From NCBI RefSeq assembly GCF_009914755.1, contig NC_060947.1: a DNA stretch of 64,000 bases; one strand, 5' to 3'. Position numbers and translations under genes: made by a program. This document shows positions 43,286-54,100 of this stretch, one piece after another (position 1 is the stretch's first letter; every line of letters starts with the position of its first letter). Source of the stretch: the human T2T-CHM13v2.0 reference genome, Homo sapiens. The notes beneath the pieces are model-generated. The model saw only the letters and a program-made list of their open reading frames with translations, was not told the DNA's origin and searched no databases.

Positions 43286-46200
43286 TGATATGGGTTGGCT
43301 CTGTGTCCCCACCCAAGTCTCATGTTGAATTATAATTCCCACTGTTAGGAGAGGGACCTGGTGGGAGGTGACTGGATCATGTGGGCAGATTTCCCCCTTG
43401 GTGTTCTTGTGATAGTGAGTGGGTTGTCATGAGACCTAATGGTTTAACAGTTCATGGCACTTCCACTTTTGCTCTCTTTTTGTCTTGATCCACCATGGTA
43501 AGATGTGCTTGCTTCCCCTTTACCTTCCACCATGATTGTAAGTATCCTAATGACTAGGGTTTCCTTTGCTTAATCAACTAAAATCATCTCTTTCCCAAAA
43601 ACCTGCACTACCCATTCTTCTGTTTTCTCTGTGTGTGCTCTGAAATGGCCATGTGCACCCACCAGACCATCTCCCTTCAGGGAGAGTCTGCCTCTTTGCT
43701 TTCATGTTGTATGCTACATAAGTTCTTAAAAACACACTCACTGTTATCTGTGCACCTGTGGTTCTGTGCAATTGTGTGGCAGCAAAGACATGTGCTTCCC
43801 TGTGGATATCCCCTGTGATTTACACTAGTTCTTACCCTACCAGGTCAGATAACCTCCAACCCTTCCCCTGTCTGCTGGCACATGGTCAAGACAGACATTA
43901 ATTGGAACAGCAGTTCCAATTGTGATAGTCAACTAACAGCAGTTCCAATTAGTGTCAGGCTGAACTCTGCTAGCTCCTTATGACTTAGCATATGCTTTTC
44001 CTTCCTGTTATGCCCCAGGGCTGCATTTTCTGGTGGCTCTTAAAGCAGATTGTTCACCTGCATAGGGCTTCATTCTGGCACTTTAAGGATCCCACCTACT
44101 TGGTTTTTTGAGTTAGCACCCTTTGAGAGGAGAAATTCTGCCTTTGCCATTTGCAAGTTCTTACCCTGAGCCCCAAATCCTCCAGAGGTTGCTATTTTAT
44201 ATCGAGTGTAAATAAACGTGGCCCTCTTGAATCCAAGGTCTGCTGTTTTTGTGAGCATATCAAGGCTTTTCATGAGTATTCCTCTCACTTTCTCCCATTT
44301 CTTCCTGTAGCTTCCAGTTCTCTAATTATTTCCATGCCCTTCTCAAGATGTATCAAGACCTCCAAGGTCATATTTAAAGGGAGCAGGGAGGGAAATCCAG
44401 CCTCCTTGAGACAGCTGAAAAACAGGCTTCTGGTCTACTTAAATGAACATGAGAAATGGGAATCTAAAAAAAAAAAGAGATAATCATTTTATTACTAAAA
44501 TACTTTGAGTGACAGTCACCATAAGGTCATGGAGACAAGGATATAGGCTGGCCCAAGGCTTCAAGTCCGCAGACACAGAGACCAATAAGACAGAGATGAA
44601 GGGTGGTCCCAGGCTAACAGATTATCATTGGAAGAGAGATGAAAGCTTAGGAAGTACATGGTAAGGCAAGTTATTCTGGAACTCCAAGCATAAACAGGGG
44701 GCCCACTCTTCACTCCAGTATCTCCTCTGTTCTAAAGCAGAAAGTTGTGACAAGTTGAGATCAAGGGTACACAGTAAGACGAGTTCATTCTGGAACCCAA
44801 GGACAATGGGGGACACTCCATTCAGGATAATAGAAAAAAAGGGGAGGATGCCTTCCTTTTCCTTTTTTATTTTTCCTCTGTTCTGTCTTCACAGGTGGCA
44901 GATGGGTAATCACATCTCCATACCACAGGACATGCCCCTTGGATGCATCCCCCAAAGCTGGGAAAAGTTTGATTTCCCTGAACCTTAAAAAAAAAGTTTT
45001 CCTTTGTAATACTGTTTATCTTCATACCCCTTTATATTACCTAAGGGACCAATTACCATGCTCTCACTGGTCCCTGGTAATGTCTAAATACCCCACACCT
45101 CTTTGGAGCAAAAGTACACTTTCCAAGATCAGTGCTCACTTAGTATTTACACCACCTCTGAATTCATTTTTCTCTCTAATAGCACTATTTATCCAGGGAA
45201 TGGTACCTAAATCTTTAACCAATAACTTCAACCTGGATGGTCTTACCTCAGGGGTTTAGAAATAGTCCACACTTATTCAGACAAGCCCTAGCAAAATTCT
45301 AACAAAGCAATCTCTTGAGGGAGGATAACTTCTATAGTATGTAGATAACCTCTTTATTGGCTCCCCTTTTACACGACACACACAGCAACATGCAGTACAA
45401 ATCTTAACTTTCTAACAAAGGAAAATGAGTTGTGTCTAATTTAAATTTTCCATGAAAAGGAAACAGACGATTTTCCTTTGTGTTGCAGCTTGGCCCCCAG
45501 GGATACGGTGTGGTAAGCAGGGTGGCTAGGGCCTCTCAGGGAAAGGGAACCCTGAAGCCTGGCATGCCAGAAAAAGGGTGAAAGTTTCTTGCCAGCCAGA
45601 CTTTGGGCTTCTCTGTCTGTAAACAATTTGTAGGAATGGTAAAAATTACTGTCTCCTCTGCACACATTTACCTATGTAACAAACCTGCATATCCTGCATA
45701 GACCCCAGAATGGTAGTTCCATTGGCAGCTTTCACTTTGCATCTGGAAAAGCTTCAGGCATTCAATGCCACGTTTAAAAGCAGTGATGGAGGCTGTACCC
45801 TGCAAAGCTACAGAGTAGAGCTCCCTAATGCCTTCGAAGCCCATCAGTTGCATCATTATGCCCTGGATTTGAGACATGGCATCAAAAGAGATTATTTTGG
45901 AGCTTTGAGATTTAATGACTGCCCTGCTGGGCTTTGGACTTGCATGGGGCCTGCAGCCTGTTTGTTTTGGCCAATTTCCCCTTTTGGAATAGGAATATTT
46001 ATCCAATGCCTGTACTCCATTGTATCTTGGAAGTAACTAGCTAGTTTTTGATCTCACAGATTCAAAGGTAGAAGGGATTTGTCTTGTCTCAGATGATACT
46101 TTGGACTTGGACTTTTGAGTTAATGATGGAATGAGTTAAGACCTTGGGGGACTGTTTTTAAGGCATGATTGTGTTTTGAAATGTGAAAAGAACATAGATT

Positions 46201-46607
46201 TTGGAGGGACCAGGGCTAGAATGATATGGCTTGGCTCTGTGTCCCCACCCAAATCTCACATTTAATTTTAATTTCCAATATTGGGGAAGGGACCTGGTAG
46301 GAAGAGATTAGATCATGAGGGCAGATTTCCCCCTTGGTGTTCTCGTTATAGTGAATGAGTTCTCATGAGATCTCATGGCCTAAAAATGTGTGGCACTTTC
46401 CCCTTCACTCTCTCTCTCTCCTAATCCAGCATGGTAAAATGTGCTTTCTTCCCCTTTGCATTCTGCCATTATTCTAAGTTTTCTAAGGCCTCCTCAGCCA
46501 TGATTCCAGTACATTATGCAGAACTGTGAATCAATTAAGACTCTTTTCTTCATAAATTACCCAGTCTCAGGTATGTCTCTATCACAGTGTGAGAATTAAC
46601 TAATACA
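43286..46607 (+). mobile_element. MSTA/B MaLR provirus: partial 5' LTR 43286-43550, 3' internal 45698-46221, complete 3' LTR 46222-46607
   Basis: Both LTRs start 'tgatatgg.ttggctctgtgtccccacccaa'; 5-bp TSD gggtt (43281-43285) and gtgtt (46608-46612) within the L1 EN. Confidence 0.88.
43555..45662 (+). mobile_element. ERV1 (MER4-group-like) internal fragment without LTRs
   Basis: Gag MA-like MGNHISIPQDMPLGCIPQSWEKF (about 44902); RT motif WMVLPQGFRNSPHLF (about 45233-45280) and YVDN. Confidence 0.7.
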
Positions 46608-48672
46608 GTGTTTAATTCAACAAGAAAACCTAACTATTCTAAATATATGTGCACCCAACACAGAAACACAAATGTTTATAAAACAAGTTCTTAGAAACCT
46701 ACAAAGAGACTTCAATAATCAAATAATAATAGTAACAGACTTCAACATCCCACTGACAGTAACAGATAGATCATGGTGGCAGAAAACTAATGACACTCAG
46801 GGCCTAAACTCGACTCTTGACCAGTGGACCTAATATACATCTGCAGAACTCACCATCCAAAAATAACAAAGTATATATTCTTCTTATCTGCACATGGCAC
46901 ATACTTCAGAATTAACCTTACAATAAGACATAAGATGATCCTCAGGATATTGAAAAAAATATCAAATCATAGCAATCACACTCTCACACCACAGCATACT
47001 AAAAATAGAAATCAACACTAAGAAAATCACTCAAAATGATACAATTAAATGGAAATTAAACAACCTACTCTTGAATAACATTTGAGTAAATAATGAAATT
47101 AAGGCAGAAATCAGCAAATACTTTGAAACTGATAAGAACAAAGATACAGCATACTAGACTCTTTGGTGCACAGATAAAGCAGTATTAAGAGGGAAACTTA
47201 TAGCACTAAATTACCACAAAGAAAATTTAGAAAGATCTCAAATTAACAATCTCTCATTGCAATAAGAGGAACTAGAGAACCAAGAGCAAATCAACCCCAA
47301 AGCTAGAAGACAATAAATAACCAAAATTAGACCTGAACTGAAGAAAATTGAGACACAAGAAGCCATACAAAAGATTAACAAATCTTAATATTCGTACTTT
47401 GAAATGAATAATAAGATAGACCACAAGCTAGATTAATGAGGATAAAAAGGTAGAAGATCCAAATAAACACATTCAGAAATTACAAAGGGGATGTTACCAC
47501 TGACCCCACAGAAATACAAAATAACCCCAGAGACTGCTACAAACATCCAAATGCACATAAGCTAAGAAATCTAGAAGAAATGAATAAATTTCTGGAAACA
47601 TAAAACTCTCAAAATTGGACTAGGGAGAAACTGAAACCCTGAAGAGACAAATAACAAGTTCCAAAGTCGAATCAGTAATAAAAAGCCCACCAACCGGAAA
47701 AAGCCAGGCATCAGATGGATTCACAGGCAAATTCTACCAGATGTATAATGAAAAGCTAGTACCATTCCTACTGAAACTATTCAAAAAAATTGAGGAGGGA
47801 GTCCTCCCCAACTCAGTCTATGAGGCCAGCATCATCCTGATGCCCAAACCTGGCAGAGATACAACAAAAAAAGAAAACTTCAGGCCAATATTTTTGATGA
47901 ATATAGACACAAAAATCCTCAATCAAATACTAGAAAATGAAATTCAGCAACACATCAAAAAGCTAACTTGCCACAATCAAGTAGGCTTTATTCCTGAAGT
48001 GCAAGGTTGGTTTAACTAAGCAAGTCAATAAATGAGATTCATCACATAAAAAGAACTACAAACAAAAACTACAAGATTATCTCAATAGGTGCAGAAAATG
48101 CCTTCAATAAAATTCAATATCCCTTTATGTTAAAAACCCTCAACAAACTGGGCATTGAAGAAACATACTTCAAAATAGCAATAGCCATATATGCCAGACT
48201 CACAGATAGCATCATACTGAATGGGCAAAATCTGGAAGCATTCCCCTCAAAGTCCAGAACAAGACAAGAATGGCCTCTTTCGCCTCTCCTGTTAAACATA
48301 GTACTGAAAGTCCTGGCCAGAGTAATCGGGCAAGAGGACAAAAAAAATAATAATAATAAAAGGCATCCAAATAGAAAGACAAGAAGTTAAACTATCCTTG
48401 TTTGCAGATGATACGATTCTATACTTAGAAAACCCCAGTCTCTGCCTAAAAGTTTCTTGATCTAATAAACAACTTCAGCAAAGGTTCAGAATACAAGATC
48501 AATGCACAAAAATTAGTAGCATTCCTATACATCAATAACATCCAAGCTGAGAGCTAAATCAAGAATGCAATCCCATTCCCAATAGTGGTGACAAGAATAA
48601 AATACCTATGTAGACAGCCAACCAGGGAGGAGAAATATATATACAATGAGAACTATAAAACACTGCTCAAAG

Positions 48673-48770
48673 TGTACACACACACACATACACACACACA
48701 CATATATATATATATATTTGTATATGTATCTCATTGGTTCTGTTTCTCTGTAGAATCCTTACCAATAATG
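48673..48770 (+). mobile_element. 3' tip of an MLT2 LTR with (CA)n(TA)n
   Basis: 'ctcattggttctgtttctctgtagaatcct' is the MLT2 terminus. Confidence 0.65.
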
Positions 48771-49071
48771 AAATAATTACCATCTAATTTATAATTCAAT
48801 TTACATATTTATTTGGTTATGTTTTTGTGGCCACTATAATACCAGCTTTGCAAGTGCAGTGATATTTTGCTTCTTATTTTAAAACTGATGCCTCCTAGGT
48901 AATAAGATATACCTAAAACAATTTTTTGCTCCATAAATATTAGTTGCATACATCAATCAGTGATTGAATAGAGCATTAGCTTTGCTTACCTTCCATATCT
49001 TTATTTATTGTGAGAAGGCAATAAATATTAACATAGAATGAAGCTAATTCTAGATTGTGAGAATAAGGACT

Positions 49072-49558
49072 TGTGATGGTTAATACTGAGTGTCAACATG
49101 ATTGGATTGAAGGATACAAAGTATTAATCCTAGGTGTGTCTGTGTGGGTGTTGCCAAAAGAGATTAACGTTTGAATCAGTGGGCTGGGGAAGGCAGATCC
49201 ACCCTTAATCTGGTGGGCCCAATCTAATGAGCTTCCAGCAAATGCAAAGCAGGCAGAAAAACATGAAAAGAAGAGATGGGCCTAGCCTCCCAGCCTACAT
49301 ATTTCTCCTATACTGGATGCTTCATGTCCTTGAACATCAGACTCCAAGTTCTTCAGTTTTGGGACTCAGACTGGCTCTCCTTGCTCCTCACCTTGCAGAC
49401 AGCCTATTGTGGGACCTTGTGATTGTGTAAGTTAATACTTAATAAACTCCCATATATATATATATATATATGTATATATAGATATGTGTATATATATAAT
49501 AGGATGGATATATATATATACCCTATTTGTTCTGTCCCTCTAAGAGAAATCTAATACG
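49072..49558 (+). mobile_element. MLT2A1 solo LTR (HERVL)
   Basis: 'tgtgatggttaatactgagtgtcaac...gattgaaggatacaaagtatt'; TSD ggact/agact at 49067-49071 and 49559-49563. Confidence 0.9.
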
Positions 49559-49689
49559 AGACTATTTCTTATTTTTGCTTCTTTGTACTTAAAAATAGAT
49601 TGCAAAATTATTTTTGGTATTTCTTGAGAAAACGTATGTTGATATGAACAATTATGTGCAAGTGTCTATGTACAGAAATTCACAAAGTT

Positions 49690-50150
49690 ACCCATACATT
49701 CATAAACCCAAGAAAAAATGGACCATATATGGTCTAATCCTGACAAAAAATAATATATCAAAGATTAAAAATACAATTGTTTATGCATCTAGACATTGAA
49801 AGTAAGTTACTTCACAAGAAAGGAGAAACAGAAAAATCAGGCTTTCCTCAGATTTCTCCTTTGCAACATTCTGTGCATTAAGCCAAGAAAAAAGTGTCTC
49901 CACCATTTGAATAGATAAAATTTGTAGTACAGGTAACCCTAGCAACCAAATGGTCTTTAATGAATGAAGACAGTAGAAAGCAGATGAAGAATTAGAATAT
50001 ATATTAACCATGTACTGGAAAATAAGCATTATTAAATATCATATTTCTATTGACAGAGATAAAAATGATGGGGACATGACAATATCCAATACATTCTTCT
50101 AAAAGTTTAAAGCAGGTATAAAAATTTTCTCAATTATACATTTTGATTAC
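49690..50150 (+). mobile_element. HAL1/L1ME ORF1-like relic
   Basis: 'aaatcaggctttcctcagatttctcctttgcaacattc'. Confidence 0.5.
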
Positions 50151-51116
50151 TAAAATGAATATAAATTTTCAAATGGGGGGAAACAAATATTTCATAACAT
50201 TGTCTTTATTATTGATTATATTTGTATATTCTACTTCTGCATGCCACTTCTGTATGCTTTTGTTGTCATTACAGTGACTCTGCTTCCAACCTATTGCCTG
50301 ATTTTGTCTGTTTATCTCATCCAAATACGATTCCTCCTTTCTTACGCAATAAAGTCTTCTCTTTGTGACATGATTTTACAACGGGATGAGCCTTTCTTTC
50401 CTTTCCCTTAATAATAGGTGAACAACTAATTGTAAACGATTATTTTTGCTGGAAATCTGACCACTTTGCCAGCAAACAGAAATTCACTGTGAGGCTCAGA
50501 AATGTTCATACAAATTTAAGAACAAGGGCACAAAAGCCAGGAAGAACAAAACAATCAGTCCTTCCTTTTAAAAACAACAATTACTTGTATCTGATTCATG
50601 CCTTCTTCAAATGGTCAGTTTAGTTTAATCTAAAATTACAAAGTTTTGGAGAGAAAGACCAGAAGTTTATGGTTGATAATTTTGATGTTTCACTGTTTGG
50701 CTTCTTAGGTCATTTGGCTTTTTTATTATTGTTGTTTCCATTTTGTCCTATGTAGTTTTTTGAAATATATTTGTGCAATAGCGACAGTAATAAAAAAGTT
50801 ACTATTGATTACTCATTTTTCTCATCTCTAGTAAGACACGATTGTATTATTTGATTTCTAAAGTCTGTTGCAGTTCTAAAATATAATTGTAGTTTGATAG
50901 ATATATTTTTCATTTAGCATTCAGCATATATTAATTTTTCTACAAGTCATCAAACCTTTCTGTTAATTTAGTTCACTGAAAAAAATATGTGAACAAGACA
51001 TAGGTGATTGGATTTTTCAGTTTTCACTTTTCAACAGGTTGTATTTATATCATGCCAACACACTAGGAAAGAAAAACTAGTTAAAATAATTGCGTCAGGA
51101 GAAAAATAAATGGTTG

Positions 51117-51172
51117 CATGTGTGTGTGTGGGTGTGTATCTGTGCATGTGTATATATATACACACACGTATA
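51117..51172. repeat. (TG)n/(TA)n/(CA)n microsatellite
   Basis: Read directly from the sequence. Confidence 0.85.
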
Positions 51173-51705
51173 TGTACTCTCAGGTCAGTCTTTTTTTCTA
51201 ACTTTGACAGTGTCTTTAATACACAAACAATTTGTGTTAATGGAAGACAAATTTGAAAATACTTATAATCAAAAAGATACAAAGCAGAAATGAAATAGAA
51301 AAAAATGGTTTTTATTCAAACATCTGGGATAACCAGTATTGTTTTATTGTGTATTTTCTCTAAATTTCTCTTTTTTACCTTCACCCATGGCATAATATAC
51401 ATGCAGTTTGTACCCCCATTATCTCAATGTTATATCATAGTTCTTTTTATGTCAATAAAATGACATGTCATTCTTATTCATCTTCCATAAAGATTCTCTC
51501 ATTTGATATATCATTATTTGTTTAATGTTGCATTTTGGTATTTTATTTTCCCATTTTTTTCTTCAGTAGAATAAGGTTATAATGCATATTTTGAGAAAGC
51601 TGAAACATATATCCCAGTAAGTAGCTCCTGGCTTTAAACCACTTCTATACTTCATGAAGAATCTATTTGAATATAAAATATGAGACAACTATATAGAGTT
51701 ATAAA

Positions 51706-51757
51706 AATATATATGTATATGTGTGCATATATATATATACATATATATATATATACA
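51706..51757. repeat. (TA)n-rich microsatellite
   Basis: Read directly from the sequence. Confidence 0.85.
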
Positions 51758-51979
51758 CTAAATGATTATTCTTACAAACTAGACTGGCAATTATTTAATT
51801 TCCAGTTTGATATGCTCTATTCATCATATATGAAATAGTTTTGTCCTTTTTCTATAATCACTTTTTTGCTCAATGAATCTGTATGCTCATATTTTCACTA
51901 GTATCACACACTTTTTATTATAGCTTTAAGCCAACTGAGTTTACATTGTGTAGGCAATTGCTATAATTGTTGGTATATA

Positions 51980-52260
51980 CATTGCAGCAGGAAAAAATCA
52001 GCCATGACAAACTGTCTATACATGTGATATATGAGCATCAAGTTACGTAATGTCTTGACAGATGCACTGATAGACTGCAAATCCACTTACTTTAATTCAT
52101 TTTAACGTGACATTTTTACTGACGGCCTTTGTACTGGTGCGTGACTTGGGCTGCGGCTCTCAATTAAGAATGACAAGCAAGAAGAGTCTTCCTAGATATA
52201 AAAATGCAATTCTCTAGAGAAAACTGTGATACGTTTAAAACCCAGTGAGTCAGGAAAACA
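51980..52260. promoter_or_regulatory. Candidate enhancer (CpG-containing motif cluster in unique sequence)
   Basis: GTTACGTAAT (PAR-bZIP/NFIL3 consensus) at 52042-52051; ACGTG 52105; TGACG 52120; GCGTG 52139. Confidence 0.3.
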
Positions 52261-52569
52261 GTTTTTCCACTTATTTACTAATTTGATAATTATCCTTATC
52301 AAACTAAGGATAATTTGAGAAATTAAAATGCTTCAAATGGTTCATTTTGATATAAGTGTTGTCCTGATTTTGGAGTGTTATAAATGTCAAGGATATGCTC
52401 TAGTTCAAAAGTATGACATCAAAGACACTTCGAAGTATTGAAAAAAAGATATTATTTTCAATGTTAAAACTCCATAATTAATAATAGAACACCAGAAGAT
52501 GGATAATAAAAATAGAGAAATAATATAACAACTTCATTACTTCCACCAAGCCAAAAAATGAAACAATTT

Positions 52570-52950
52570 GATTTGGAGACTCCAAAATGTGGGAGAGCTG
52601 GGGTGGGGTGTTGGTAAGGAAGAAAAAATTACCTATTGGATACAATGTACACTATTCAGGTGACAGGTATAATAAAAGCCCTGACTTTGCCACTATGCAA
52701 TGTATTTATGTAACATGTACCCACAAATCTATAAAAGTAAATTTAAGAATTATATAATGATTATATACAAGAGACTCACCTAACATATAAGAGTTCATAT
52801 AAACTCAAGTTAAAGAGGTGGGAAAAATATTCCATGCAAATGAAAAGCAAAAGCAAGCAGGAGTAGCTATCCTTATATCACATAAAACACATTTTAAAGC
52901 AACAACAGTATAAAAAGACAAATAAGGTCATTATATAATGACAAAAGGAT
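52570..52950 (+). mobile_element. L1PB4-like 3' end followed by an unrelated L1 EN fragment
   Basis: 'aaattacctattggatacaatgtacactattcagg' then 'gagactcacctaacatataag...gagtagctatccttatatca'. Confidence 0.7.
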
Positions 52951-53895
52951 CTATCAACAGAGTAAACAGATAATCTACAGAAGTGGAGAAGATATTTGCA
53001 AACTATGCATCTGACAAAGGTCTAATATCCAGCATCTATAAGGATCTTAAAGAAATTTACAAGAGAAAATCAAGCTACCCCATTAAGTGGACAAAGGACA
53101 TGAACAGACACTTCTCAAAAGAAGACATACATGCAGCCAACAAGCATATGAAAGAAAGCTCAACATCACTGATCATTAGAGAAATGCAAACCAAAACTAT
53201 AATGACATACCATTTCATTCCAGTCAGAATGACTATTATTAAAAATTCAGAAAGTAACAGATGCTAATGAGGTTGTGGAGAAAAGGGGACACTTATACAC
53301 TGTTGGTGGGAATGTAAGTTAGCTAAACCATTGTGGAAAGGAATATGATGATTCCTCAAAGAGCTAAATGCAGAACTACCATTTGACCCAGCAATCCTAC
53401 TACTGAATATATATACAGAGGAATATAAATCATTCTACCATAAAGCCACATGCATGCAAATGTTCATTGCAGCACTATTCAGAATGGCAGACATGGAATC
53501 AACCTAAATGCCAATCAGTGACAGATTGAAAAAAGAAAATGTGGTACATATACACCATATAATACCATAAAAAAGAATGAGATCATGTCTTTTGTATGAA
53601 CATGGATGGAGCTGGGGGCTATTATACTTTAACACAGGAACAGAAAATCAAATACTGCATGTTCTGTCTTATAAATGGGAGCTAAATGATGAGAACTCAT
53701 GAAAACACAGACACTGAGGTCTACTTCAGGGTGAAGGGTGGGAGAAGTGAGAGGAGCAGAAACGATAACTATGAGGTACTGGGCTTCATACCTGGGTAAT
53801 GAAATAATCTGTACAACAAACATCCATAACAGGAATTTACCTATGTAACAAAGCTTCACATGTGCTCCCAAACCTAAAATAAAAGTTAAGTTTAA
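52950..53895 (+). mobile_element. Older L1PA (PA11-14-like) 3' end
   Basis: ORF2 remnant 52983-53267; 3'UTR 'cctgggtaatgaaataatctgtacaacaaac'. Confidence 0.85.
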
Positions 53896-53902
53896 AAGAA
53901 AG

Positions 53903-54100
53903 GGCCGAGTGTGGTGGCTCACGCCTGTAATCCTAGTACTTTGGGAGGCCGAGGCAGGCAGATCACGAGGTCAGGAGATCGAGACCATCCTGGCCAACAT
54001 GGTGAAACCCCGTCTCTAGTAAAAAATACAAAAATTAGCTGGGCGTGGTGCCACACACCTGTAGTCCCAGCTACTCGGGAGGCTGAGGCAGGAGAATCGC
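53903..54100 (+). mobile_element. AluSc-like, 3'-truncated (no end of right arm, no tail)
   Basis: 'gatcacgaggtcaggagatcgagaccatcctggccaacatgg'; stops at 'ggagaatcgc'. Confidence 0.9.

Larger units (their letters stand above)
41236..48672 (+). mobile_element. Older L1PA (PA13-16/PREC2-like): 5'UTR, ORF1 and ORF2 through the RT domain; 3' end missing; split by an MST provirus
   Basis: 'aagatggccaactagacacagct' start; ORF1 remnant 42457-42858 (RHIIIKFSKV..ADLSAETLQAR); RT remnant 47741-48019 ([15 protein letters not shown]). Confidence 0.88.
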
